Source of the DNA: the human T2T-CHM13v2.0 reference genome, Homo sapiens | Direction: 5' to 3' (one strand) | Assembly: GCF_009914755.1 (NCBI RefSeq) | Contig: NC_060935.1 | DNA length: 64,000 nt | Shown: positions 1-28,773 of the stretch, in pieces | Numbering within the stretch: position 1 is the stretch's first letter | Layout of the letters: every line of letters starts with the position of its first letter | Made by a program: the position numbers and the translations under genes | The notes under the pieces: model-generated | Databases searched by the model: none | Told to the model about the DNA's origin: nothing | What the model saw: only the letters and a program-made list of their open reading frames with translations

Positions 1-638
1 TATGTTGGGCTGAAACCTAGGATTTGGAATATACCCATTCATTCATCTACCAAATAATGTTTAAATTGAATTTAAAAACTAAGGCTGAATAATTATAGAG
101 CACCTGTTATATGTCTAACACTGTGCTGAAAAAAATATATGAAGATGCCATATTTAGCTTCATGGAATTCACAACCCAGATACTAGAACCTTCCATCTGC
201 AAAGCTCTTTGCAAAGCATTTGAATACATTGTATCATTTAATTCTCACTATTCTATTCTACCCAATTTTCCTCATCTACTTTAGATAAGGAAAATGAGGA
301 TGACAGAGATGAAACAGTTTACCCAGTTACTCAGCTCACTCTGGCTAGAAAATAAATGGAAAAATTAGGGCTGAATCTGGGAGTTCTGTCTCTAAATCCA
401 AAGCTTTTCTCATGGGCTCACACAAAGTCAATAATTTTTTTTTTTTTTTTTTTGCTTTTTACTATGGAACATTTCAAACATATACAAATGTAGATAAAAT
501 AATATAACAAACCCCATGTCCTATCACCCAGCCCTTATTATCAGCAACCCATGGTCATTTATGTCTTTATCTACCCACCCAATATTATTTTGAAGCAAAT
601 TGAAGATACCATATCATTTTGCCCATAAATATAACTTC

Positions 639-1024
639 TGTTAAAAGATAAACTTTGGCACACTTTAAAACTTTGAAGAGTTTATTTGAGCAAACAGCAA
701 TTCATTGATCAGGCTGCTCCAAACTGGAAATGGTTTGGGCTTCGAGGACGGAGCAAGAGGGGAAGGCTCTAATAGGGTAAATGCAGAAGCAGAGCAAAGA
801 AATTATTTGATTGGTTAAACTTCCAGAATTTCCTTATTTAGACTATCCAATAGGAAGTTAAAGACAATATAACTAATGCCCAGATGGCCTTCTGTGATTG
901 GCTAAGTTTCTTTTAAATTAACTGCTTACAGGAAATGAGACTGAGTTAGGTTTTAGCTTGCTTAGTAGGAACTTAGTTAGAGCCTCCTCAGTCTAATGCC
1001 CCCCCCCATTTAATTATTTAAATA
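639..1024 (-). mobile_element. Solo ERV1-class (MER4-group) LTR
   Basis: TG start, 4-bp TSD CTTC (635-638 / 1025-1028), minus-strand AATAAA; resembles the LTR at 40926-41263. Confidence 0.65.
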
Positions 1025-2156
1025 CTTCAACACCATTATCATATTTTATTTTATATTTTTAGAGATGGAGTCTTGCTCTGTCACGCAGGCTGGAGTGCAT
1101 GGCACAATCAATTATCTTGCCTCAGCCTCCCAAGTAGCTGGGACCACAGGAGTGCACCACCATCCCTGGCTAATTTTTTTTTTATCTTATAGTAGAAACA
1201 GTCTGTCTATGTTACCCAGGCTGGTCTTGAACTCTTGGCCTCAAGCAATCCTCCTGCCTCGCCCTTCCAAAGCGCTGGGATTACTGGCCTGAGCTACCAT
1301 ATCCAGTCTCCATTATCATATTCTAAGAGAATTAGCATTTCCTAAATGTCAAATAACCAGTGTTACAATTTCCAGTTATCTCATAAATGTTATAACATGT
1401 TTTTACAATTTGTTTATTTGAATGAAGGTCCAAATAAGGTCTAAAATTTGCAATTGGTCTTTATGTTTCCTAGATCTCTCTTAATCTATGGGTTCCTTAT
1501 TATCTTTTATTATTATTCCTTATTATTTTTTGTTTCCTTGCAATTTACATTTAAAGAAATTGAGTCATTTGTCTCATGGTTTTCCACAGTATTTTTTTTT
1601 TTTTTTGCCTGCATCACGAAGGTGTTGTTTAATATGTTCCTCTGTATTTCCTATAGACTGGTATTGTATTTAAAGCAGTAGTTTTCCATTTTTAGTGAGC
1701 ATCAGAATCACCTGAATGATTTGTCGCAACAGGTTGCTGGGCCCCACCCTCAGAGTTTCTGATTCTGGTCTGGGAAAGTCCCAAAAGTTTGCATTTCCAG
1801 CAACTTCCTGTGTGCTTGATGCTGACCACTCCTTGAAAGCTATTGATGTGGACTGAACTGAGGCTCAATCAGATTGAAATCTGACTTTTTTAAAGCAAGA
1901 CTACCTCACAGGCAGTGTTGTGGTCTTCCTCCAGGAGGAATATAGTATGTGGTTGTCTCCTTTGTGTGTTTGATGTCAGTAGCCTTTGATGCTCAGTGCC
2001 CAGATCCATTCATTCATTTGGTGTGCAAAGTGATGATCTTCTAATCATATCATCCCTACTTTATTTATTAGCTAGACTATTTCTAGAAACAGAAACTCCC
2101 TCATCTACAAAGTGACTACTCACTGGGATGGTTCATATAGAAAAGATCGATTTTGA

Positions 2157-2460
<304 letters not shown>

Positions 2461-2569
2461 AAAGATCGATTTTGAGCACAATGCATTGGTTCACTAGCAT
2501 CTTCCAATGATTAGCAATGAGAGTTTTTTGTTTTTAGTGTTATTACACATAATGACATTGTGACATAAT

Positions 2570-2717
2570 GACCAGCCATTCCCCAGTCTCTCTTCACAGG
2601 CCTCCCAATTCCCTGAGACACATGATATTGAAATTAGGCCAATTAAACCCTACAATGGCCTCTAAGTGTTCAAGTGAAAGGTAGTTAACACACCTCTCAC
2701 TTTAAATTGAAAGCTAA
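2570..2717 (+). mobile_element. Isolated internal Tigger1 fragment
   Basis: Aligns to 4113-4270, including a shared exact AACCCTACAATGGCCTCTAAGTGTTCAAGTGAAAGG. Confidence 0.85.
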
Positions 2718-3795
2718 ACATAGCATTAAATATATTTGATGTGTTTCAAACAACATCATTATTATTCTTATTGATTCTCAAATTTTCTCATCTTTGGCCA
2801 TCGGGAGCCTCTTCAAGTTGGAAGAGGCTCTTCCAGCTTCAAGTGCATCCTTGCAAGGTGTGTTTGCTGCATTCTTTATGAATGTTAAAGTCTGCTATAG
2901 AAAGTAAGAGAAGGAAACAAATATGGAGACTAGATGAAATTAAGTGTAGAAGCAAGTAGCTTGTAAGACGTGTTAGACCTTGGTAAGTAGAGCAGATTTA
3001 TGCTGATATAAGAAGGGATGGACAGACCAAGTAGACACAAGACACAGGAAACACCAAATATTTATGAGGCACTGAATATTCACAAAAATTTAAACCAGCC
3101 ATCCCGTTGTGACACCCATTCTGGCAATCTGCATCCTCTGCCTGAGATAGGCAGATAAAACCCATAGCTGCCCAACAGGGTAATCGGCAAGCTACAGCTG
3201 TAGCCAAGGATTCTTGCCCTTGCCTTCCTACAATAGAGCAAGAGTGTTTGGGCTCCAGGCCCAGTCAATTTGCTGAGTCCTCTTGCTCATCCACAACTCA
3301 GGTCCTTGTAACCATCGGTGGGGAAGGCTGATGCAGTAGAAAGATTGGGCATATGAGCGTTACATAACACAGAACTCACATAGGGTACTTCTTCCACCCT
3401 GTGCTAAGGGTGTTAACCTTCCTCATCTCTTTTCCATTGCTTCTTACTAAACATTTTAATTGAGTTGATAAACCAAGTGATTCAGGATCGTAATTTTGTC
3501 TGTGAGCCATTCTGTTCTGTGACCTCTGGGATAGCTTGTTATGTAATATGTTAGAAGGTTATCATTGCACCAAGGTAATTCCTCATGTGACAGTCCTTTT
3601 GACCCATATGACGAGATGTTCCAGGCTCATCTTGAACACTTCTTGCCATAGACTTAAAATCATCCGCAATTCTTCAAGGATCCCTGATTTCTTTTAGTGG
3701 GAAATGGTGTTTGAACCTACAATCTGGGCATTAAGGATACACTGCTACGAGGGTGTTAAATTATTTTTGTGACTCATCTACTGCTTTATGCTGTA

Positions 3796-7640
<3,845 letters not shown>

Positions 7641-7949
7641 TATAGGCTTCTTAGTTTTTCCATTAAAATGAACAATTTAAAATTAAATACTCAGGCTCAG
7701 ACTTCAATCTACTCTTTATTCAATCAACTCTCCATTAGTCAAACTTTATAGATAAATTAATTAATGGGAAAGCAAACAGAAATACCAGATTTTAGGTTAA
7801 ACATGACAAAGTGAACACACATGTATTTCGTTCTTTTTATCTCCTAGAAAGCCCACTCAAATGGCATATACCCATAAAAGACAAGGACAATATAAGGATA
7901 ATAGCAGACAAGAAATGCAATAAAAATTTGGAAGCTGAAAAACAAGTGA

Positions 7950-10320
<2,371 letters not shown>

Positions 10321-10323
10321 GGG

Positions 10324-11041
<718 letters not shown>

Positions 11042-11539
11042 GAGGGGATAGGGGAATGTTTAATCGGTATACAGTTTCAGTTTTGCAAGATAAAAAAAAT
11101 CCTGGATATTGATTGCACAAAATTGTGAATGGACTTAACACTACTCAACTGTATACTTAAAATGGTTAAGATGATAAATTTTGTTATTTGCATTTCACCA
11201 CAATTTTTAAAAAAATAACAATCCTGAAAAAAAAAATGGGGCCACTGCTCGAGGACTGCAAGTTTGCTAGAACCTGAGAGGAGATAGGAATCATTTGGGA
11301 GGCCAGAGAGGAGAACATGATTAAGTAGAGTGCCAGAAATCAGAGCAGGCTTCAAGCTGGTCCGGAGGCTCGTGGTGGAGGTTGAGTGAGGGCAAAGTTC
11401 AGAGAAGTAGGACACCTCATGCCAAGTATATTCGTGTCCATAATACTGATTTTCCAGTCAGTTGCTGCCTCCTTCTGTTCATTTTGGGAGGGATCGCGAT
11501 ACTAGGTTCTGCAAACCCAGGTCGGAGGAAGGCTCTAAA

Positions 11540-12240
11540 CAGTGATTCTTAACTGAGATGGCACGGTTCCCCGGAAGATGTTTTGGAAATGTGTGGGACT
11601 GTTTTTGTGAGATGCTAGAGGCATTTAGTGGTTGGGGGCTAGAAATGCTGGCATCCTGCAATGCATGAGAACAGTTCAGCAAAACAAAGAATTGTCCTAC
11701 ATCCCACACGACTTTCAAATGGCACATGGGACATTAATGAAGCTGGAAAACCTAAATGTGTAATATCTGATCCTAGACCCTAGCTCCATTTTACACAATA
11801 TGTTTTGCATGGTTTTAATATATGTTGAATTTTCCAGGCATGCAACTACCATATAATTTAAAGGAAGATTGTTTTGTTCAGAGCTTTATCAATCGTTGTT
11901 TACTGCTTTTGAAAATTACATCACTAAAGCACCCGTGGTATTTGAGTCACCGGCACCACCCAATAGCATACATTTGAAGCTGAGCATTTACATGGCTAAT
12001 ACATACACAGGCAAGAATCTGACTCTTATTCTGTCTTCTCATGGAATCATGCCAAAGGATTTATTTCATCATACACTTCTTGTATTTCTTCTTTACAAGG
12101 AGCATTGTATTGATTTGAGGGAAAATTGTGTGTGGAGATTCGCTTTCTTTTCTGTGATTTCCTTTCAGCGTAGTAAAGGGGATGTTACAAAATAGTTGTT
12201 ATAGGAAGGGGCGTGTGTCTTAGGAGTTGAGAAGACTACA
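11540..12240. mobile_element. hAT-Charlie family DNA transposon remnant (MER20-like)
   Basis: CAGTGATTCTTAAC start and GTTGAGAAGACTA end resemble Charlie-type termini. Confidence 0.55.
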
Positions 12241-12488
12241 TTACACTAAGGTGGCCAGTTGTTGTTCTGGGCTGTGCCATCTCAACTAATTAAGAACTGG
12301 ATGGTGCCGGAAAGGGAAGGACTTCAAGCCAAGGAGGGGACCTAGGAACAGAAGCATGAATGATATGAGGACTGAGTCAGAAGAAGCAAAAATTAACAAA
12401 TAAATGCATAAATAAGTAAGACACGTGAACGCTAGGAAAAGCAGGATGGGTATGTCCACATGCTGATATCAAAAATACATGCACGTTA

Positions 12489-14130
12489 GGCAGGGTGCAG
12501 TGGCTCATTCCTGTAATCCCAGCACTTTGGGAGGCCAAGGCAGGAGGATCGCTTGAGCCCAGGAGTTCAAGACCAGCCTTGACCACATAGGGAGACTTCA
12601 TCTTTACAAAAAATAAAAATAAAAATAGCTCGGTGTTGTAGCACACACCTGTGGTCCTACCTACTTGGGAAGCTGAGGCAGGAGGATCATTTGAGCTCAG
12701 AAGGATGAGGCTGCAGTGAGCCATGTTCTTGCCACTGCACCCCAGCTTGAGTGGCAGAGTGAGACTGTTTCAAAAATATATCTATATTTCACATTAGATT
12801 CATACCTATTTGAAAATTAGCATCAATTATTCTTTTCTTTTTTAAATGCTTATCTTTAGTTATATAAGTAATAAATATTCATTACAGAAAATTTCAAACG
12901 TAGAAAAGTATACGAAGAAAATTTAAATTGTTCTATTTATATTCATGTACCATCTTTGTAGGCATTTTGCTGTAGTTTTTTCCAGTCACTTTCATAAATA
13001 TACATTTGCATTGTACATGGTAAAGATTATACTGTGCAATTCTGTCTTTTTTGTATGATTAAATTGAATTGGTTTTGAATTTTTTTAGATTTAACTTGTC
13101 AATTCCTTTTGGTTCTATAGTTGTATAAAAGATATAAGCATATTGAGTTCTTGCCTAGTTTTATGTATCTATCATTAAAAAAAGAATTCCCATGAAATCA
13201 CATCCCCTCCAACCAAAGCCCCATTCTCTGCTCTCTTTCACTGAAAAACTTCTCAAAAGAGATGTCTACATTCTGACTCTACCTCTTTACCTCTCATTTA
13301 TGCCTAATTTTTTTTAGTGAAGAAGTATAAGGACATTGTTTTAAAAAATCAGTTTGCTAGGCCGGGCACAGTGGCTCATGCCTGTAATCCCAGCACTTTG
13401 GGCGGCTGAGGCCGGTGGATTGCTTGAGCTCAGGCGTTTGAGACCAGCCTGGGCAACATAGCAAGACTCTATATAACATTACAAGAATTAGCTGGGCATG
13501 GTGCGTGCCTGTAGTCCCAGCTACCTGGGAGGCTCAGGAATGAGCCTCGACCGCGTCACTCTACTCCAGCCTGGGCGACAGAGCAAGACCCTGTCTTAGA
13601 AAAAAAAAAAAAATCAATTTGCTGAAGGCTTAGAATGAAAAAACAACCAACCAATCCTTGCCCCTCCCCTTTTACTCTATGATCTATTACTTTGACATTG
13701 TTCTGTAGTCTTTCTCCCATGTGTGTATAGGTGTCTATTTGTACATTCTTTTTTTGAGGCTTGATTTACATACCATAAAATGCACCCTTTTAAATATACA
13801 GTTCAAGAATTTTGACAAATGTATGCACTCGTGTACCACCACCCCAGTTAAGATACAAAACATTCCTGTCACCCCTAAAGGTTCCCTCAAGGCTCTTTGC
13901 AATCAATCTTCCACCTACCTCCAGCCCCAAACAGCCAATAATTTTCTTTCTGTCACTGTAAATTAAATATTACTGTTCTAAGCCAGGCATAGTGGCTCAC
14001 ACATGTAATCTCAGCATGTTGGGAGGCCGAGGCAAGAGGATCATTTGAGTCCAGGAGTCCAAAAAAGCCTGGGTAACCTGGTGAGATCCTGTCTCTACAA
14101 AAAAGAAAATAAATTAAAAAATAATAATAA
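12489..14130 (+). mobile_element. Alu elements at 12489-12780, 13359-13613 and FLAM-like monomer at 13982-14130
   Basis: Alu consensus sequence. Confidence 0.85.
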
Positions 14131-15320
14131 ATACACTTTACTGTTTTAGAATTTCATATAAAAGAAACCATACAGCAATACACTTTTGTGTCTGGATTCT
14201 TTGCTTAAAATAAAGTTTTTGAGATGTAGTTTGCTACATCAGTAGTTTGCTCCTTTTTATTGCTTTAGTAGTATGCTCTGAATGTACTGCAATTTATTTA
14301 TTCATTCATCTCTTGTTGAACATTTGGGCTGTTTCCAGGTTTTTGCCATTATTATTTTTTTAAAACACTGCTGTGATCATCATATACATGTCTTTTTGTG
14401 GATACATGTTTTCGTTTATCTCATTAACCTGGGTATGGTATTGCTGAGTCGTAACATAAAAGTATATTAACTTCATAAACAAAACTGACAACCATTTTTC
14501 CATTGTTATTTCAAGTGGTTGTACCATTCCACACTCCCACCAGCAAAGTAAAAAAGTTCCAATTGTTCCACATCCTCTTCAACACTTACTATTGTCAGTC
14601 ATCCTAATTTTAGCCATTTTAGAATGTGTATAGTAGTATCTCATTGTGATTTGAATTTGCATTTCCCTGACAACTAATGATGTTGAGAATATTTTCATGT
14701 GCTTCTTGGCTATTTGTATGTCTTCTTTTATGAAGTGCCTATTTATATCCTTTGCCCAATTTTTTATTGGGTTGCCTTCTTACTAAGTTGTAAGAGTTAC
14801 TTATATATTTTGAATACAAGTCCCCTGTCAGATACACATATTGTGAATTATTTCTCCTAGTCTGTGACTTACCTCTTCATTTTAATAGAGTCTTTCAAAA
14901 AGCAGGAAAGTTTTTAATTTTGACAAGGTCTAACTTACTCTTTTTTACCTTTTATTATTTATTAAAAATTACTATTTTTGTATCCTAAAATATGTTTGCC
15001 TACTCCAAAGCTATAGTGATATTATCCTATGTTTTCTTCCACAAGTTTTATAGTTTTAGCTTTTACATTTAGGTCCTTATTTCAAGTTCTCTCTCTCTCT
15101 TTTTTTTTTTTTTTTTTTTTTGCATAGTTTGAGGTAAGGATTGAAATTCATTATTTTCCTTATGGATTTCTATCTAGTTTTTCCTAGACCATTTGTTGAA
15201 AAGACTATCATTTCTCCCGTTGTTTACTTTCCTTGAAAATCAATTGTTTATATATGTTAGGGTCTTTTTCTGGGCTCTCTACTCTGTTTTATTGAATTAT
15301 GTCTATTCTTAATGCCAATT
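13740..15320 (-). mobile_element. Old L1 (L1M) 3' region, antisense
   Basis: Typical antisense L1 text (catttgggctgtttccagg, ctcattgtgatttgaatttgcatttccctg). Confidence 0.8.
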
Positions 15321-15570
15321 CCAGCAATACACTTCAAAATACCCCATGAGTCAAAGATAAATCAATGGAAATTAGAATGTATTTTAACTGAATAAGTAAA
15401 ATACAACATATTAAAATTTGCGGAACGCAGCCCAAGCAACAACATATAAGATTTTCAGAAACCCAATGTTAACCAAAAGACACCAAACACAAAGTATGAG
15501 TGATATGAGTGATTTCATTTACATAAAACTCATTAAAAGGAAATGGAAATTAGTGTTTAGAGATGCATGC

Positions 15571-24145
<8,575 letters not shown>

Positions 24146-24830
24146 ATGGTTATTGGTTATGAGGTTATCTGTTTAATCTCCACATTTCCTTTTTTATCCA
24201 AGAGGACTATTTATCTTGTTTCTCCTGTATTACTAGCACCCAGCATATAACTACAGTACAGTAGACAGAAAATATGTATTAAATAAGTGAATTTCATCAA
24301 AATGTTTTCTAGAGTCCCAGCTCTGTAATCTGCAACTTAGATAACCTGCCTGAGCCTTAGTTTGCTCAAGTATAAAATGGAAATAAAAATAAAAATAATA
24401 CTTACCTTAGAGGGTCGTTTTGAGGATTAAATAAGATATATCAGAAAAGCTCTTAGAACGGTGCTTGGATATAGTAAGCATTTGATTAATGCATGCTTAA
24501 ACATAAAGAAAGGTTACATCAATTCACACTCATACCAGCAGACTTTGACACTATCACTCTTTACCCTGTTCAACATTGAGTCTTGTGTTTTTAAATATTT
24601 TTGTAAAGAATATAGGCCAAAAAATGGCATTTTTTCTTTGGATTTAATTCTTATGGATTTAAGTCAACATGTATTTTCAAGCCAACAAGTTTTGTTAATA
24701 AGATGGCTGCACCCTGCTGCTCCATGCCAGATCCACCACACAGAAAGCAAATGTTCAGTGCATCTCCCTCTTCCTGTCAGAGCTTATAGAGGAAGGAAGA
24801 CCCCGCAATGTGGAGGCATATTGTATTACA

Positions 24831-24876
24831 ATTACTTTTAATGGCAAAAACTGCAGTTACTTTTGTGCCAACCTAC
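24831..24876. mobile_element. Half MADE1 (Hsmar1 mariner MITE) in the CD3E promoter
   Basis: ATTACTTTTAATGGCAAAAACTGCAGTTACTTTTGTGCCAACCTA resembles the MADE1 centre plus one TIR. Confidence 0.8.
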
Positions 24877-24879
24877 TAC

Positions 24880-25100
24880 ATGGTCTGGACAGCTAAATGT
24901 CATGTATTTTTCATGGCCCCTCCAGGTATTGTCAGAGTCCTCTTGTTTGGCCTTCTAGGAAGGCTGTGGGACCCAGCTTTCTTCAACCAGTCCAGGTGGA
25001 GGCCTCTGCCTTGAACGTTTCCAAGTGAGGTAAAACCCGCAGGCCCAGAGGCCTCTCTACTTCCTGTGTGAGGTTCAGAAACCCTCCTCCCCTCCCAGCC
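24880..25100 (+). promoter_or_regulatory. CD3E: CD3E TATA-less proximal promoter with ETS core ACTTCCTG (25059-25066)
   Basis: Position relative to exon 1; motif seen in sequence. Confidence 0.6.
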
Positions 25101-25123
25101 TCAGGTGCCTGCTTCAGAAAATG
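24927..25123 (+). other. CD3E: CD3E exon 1 (non-coding 5' UTR; 5' end approximate, major TSS may be nearer 25077)
   Basis: Matches the recalled CD3E mRNA leader; ends ...CAGAAAATG followed by donor GTGAGT at 25124. Confidence 0.8.
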
Positions 25124-25299
25124 GTGAGTCTCTCTCTTATAAAGCCCTCCTTTTTCATCCTAGCATTGGGAGCAATGGCCCCAGGGTCCTTATCTCTAGC
25201 AGATGTTTTGAAAAAGTCATCTGTTTTGCTTTTTTTCCAGAAGTAGTAAGTCTGCTGGCCTCCGCCATCTTAGTAAAGTAACAGTCCCATGAAACAAAG

Positions 25300-25348
25300 A
25301 TGCAGTCGGGCACTCACTGGAGAGTTCTGGGCCTCTGCCTCTTATCAG
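25300..25348 (+). CDS. CD3E: CD3 epsilon exon 2 coding part (exon starts 25241): MQSGTHWRVLGLCLLS, signal peptide
   Basis: Acceptor ttttttccag at 25240, ATG at 25300 (aagATGc), donor GTGAGT at 25349; translation matches CD3E. Confidence 0.98.
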
Positions 25349-26679
25349 GTGAGTAGGATGGAGTGGAAAGGGTGGTGTGTCTCCAGACCGCTGGAAGGCT
25401 TACAGCCTTACCTGGCACTGCCTAGTGGCACCAAGGAGCCTCATTTACCAGATGTAAGGAACTGTTTGTGCTATGTTAGGGTGAGGGATTAGAGCTGGGG
25501 ACTAAAGAAAAAGATAGGCCACGGGTGCCTGGGAGAGCGTTCGGGGAGCAGGCAAAGAAGAGCAGTTGGGGTGATCATAGCTATTGTGAGCAGAGAGGTC
25601 TCGCTACCTCTAAGTACGAGCTCATTCCAACTTACCCAGCCCTCCAGAACTAACCCAAAAGAGACTGGAAGAGCGAAGCTCCACTCCTTGTTTTGAAGAG
25701 ACCAGATACTTGCGTCCAAACTCTGCACAGGGCATATATAGCAATTCACTATCTTTGAGACCATAAAACGCCTCGTAATTTTTAGTCCTTTTCAAGTGAC
25801 CAACAACTTTCAGTTTATTTCATTTTTTTGAAGCAAGATGGATTATGAATTGATAAATAACCAAGAGCATTTCTGTATCTCATATGAGATAAATAATACC
25901 AAAAAAAGTTGCCATTTATTGTCAGATACTGTGTAAAGAAAAAATTATTTAGACGTGTTAACTGGTTTAATCCTACTTCTGCCTAGGAAGGAAGGTGTTA
26001 TATCCTCTTTTTAAAATTCTTTTTAATTTTGACTATATAAACTGATAAGTCCTCTCTACTTCACAGATTAAGAAATTGATACTCAAAAAAGTTAAATAAC
26101 TTGTTTTAAACCACATAGTAAGTGCCGAAGCCAATCTGTGAGACCAGGACTGTTTGTACTCTAAATGGCTGCACCACATGAGGCAAAATGGCTCGTGATG
26201 GTTTTATTTCAAAGACCTAGAAAACACTATCACAGCTGGTGCTCCCGTCTCAGACCCACAGCAACGATGTCTCCACTTCCTGCTTCATCTTGGGTTTCTC
26301 ACGTCTTGAATGTGCACACAAATCACCTGGGGATCTTGTTAAAAATGCAGCTTCTGTTTCAAAAGACCCAGACTGGAAATGGAGATTCCGCATGTCTAGT
26401 ACGCTCTCAAGTTTATTAATCTGCTGCTGGTCCTAGGAACATATTGAGTAGCGAGGGGCAGGATGTGACTCCTGTAAGGAGTGGCCAGGCATTTTCTTAG
26501 AGACCTGTGTTATAAAGTATGCTTTTCCTTAAAAAAAAAGAAGAAGGAGGAGGAGGAGAAGGGCCAGGTGCAGTGGCTTACGCCTGTAAGCCCAGCATTT
26601 TGGGGGACCAAAGTGGGAAGATCACTTGAGCTCAGGAGTTCAAGACCAGCCTGGGCAAAGTAGTGAAACCCCATTTCTA

Positions 26680-26901
<222 letters not shown>

Positions 26902-27619
26902 TCATAGGAATGTGCCCAGTCTGCTCTGGGGATAGGAAAGTGGGGATCCTGTCTCCCCCTGTGTAGAGGTTTCAGTAAAAGAAAGGCCTAGGTGTGCAGA
27001 AAGCTTTCAGGCAATGCCAGGGAAACTGATCATTGTAATGAATCCAGGGTATTGCTGAGTGAGGGCATCCTGGAGGGCCCGGTGGAAATGTGGTCAGGCT
27101 CTTCAATGCACAGGCCCTAGTTGATGAGTAATCAGGGTTTCAAATATTTCCATCTCTGTCTCAAGCAGAAAACAAATGGAAAAACTGAACCACCAGAAAA
27201 GCAGAGCCAGAGATGGAACAAGAATCCCAGTGTTTGTACCCAACCAAGAGCGTGTTTTTCTTCCACAGACACCAATGTTCAAAATGGAGGCTTGGGGGCA
27301 AAATTCTTTTGCTATGTCTCTAGTCGTCCAAAAAATGGTCCTAACTTTTTCTGACTCCTGCTTGTCAAAAATTGTGGGCTCATAGTTAATGCTAGATGCT
27401 TCCTTCCTCTATTTCCCCCCAAATTTCCTGGGAACCCCTGGTCAATACCAGCAGTAAGTTCCACTGTTCTAGGGTGTAGAAATGGCTGTGACCCAGCAGC
27501 AAGAGGGAAGGACATCAGATGTCATCAGTGGTCATACTGCAACACAGCCCTTTTTCTGTTTAGGAATGCAGGTACCCACAACATTTACTAACACTTTTTT
27601 TTTCTTATTTATTTTCTAG

Positions 27620-27640
27620 TTGGTGTTTGGGGGCAAGATG
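27620..27640 (+). CDS. CD3E: CD3E exon 3, 21-nt micro-exon (VGVWGQD)
   Basis: T-rich acceptor ...ttttctag and donor GTGAGA; continues the frame. Confidence 0.96.
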
Positions 27641-28172
27641 GTGAGATATGCTTTCTTTCTTTCTTTTTTATGAAATCACCCCATCATTCTTTGTAGTTAT
27701 GAATGGAGCTTTCTCTTAGGCCTCCCACAGAACTTCCACAGAGGTCAGGAAAAGGAGTTTCTGCCATCTACCCCTTTGACTTTCCTCACAAGTCTGGAGA
27801 TATTTCTAGCCCAGAAGAGGGAAGCAACAGAGGCAGGAAATAATGAGTCTTAACCATACAAAAGAAAAATTGAGACTTAAATGAAGTTGAAAGCACTAAC
27901 AGTTTTCATTTGTTTGCATTTCATATTTGATGTGAGATTCTGCAGAGGAGACGTAGCCAGAATGCATGCACAGGGTTACTCTGGATAAGCTGCTGGGGCA
28001 ACATTTGGATGTGTGTTCAGAATCACATGTCTGAATACTCTGAATATATGTGTGTACATGTGTATTTATGCAAGTGCACATGCATATGAGTGTGCCCGGC
28101 CTGAACTTACTCTCTCAACCACAGCGGTAGAGTCAGGAGTGTTCCAACATTGGAAGCCCCTCTATTCAATCA

Positions 28173-28496
<324 letters not shown>

Positions 28497-28758
28497 TCAA
28501 AAATAAAATAAAGACAACCATTATGCCAGCCTAGATTCCGCCATGCTGCCTAATTTGTAGTGTCCTTAGGAGCCATTTTTGTAAATAGTCATCAGATAAG
28601 ATGTAAGGCCCATAACAGCTTTTTCTATGCAGCTGAGGGAATTGGAAGATCCATTGTTTCCTAAGAGTTGAGGGAAGAGTCCCAACCCACGGGAGCAGGG
28701 TCTGATCTTCATTGCCGATAGAAACATTACTAATGGCTTCTTACTGTTTCCTTTTCAG

Positions 28759-28773
28759 GTAATGAAGAAATGG
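28759..28773 (+). CDS. CD3E: CD3E exon 4, 15-nt micro-exon (GNEEM)
   Basis: ccttttcag|GTAATGAAGAAATGG|gtaaga. Confidence 0.96.
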
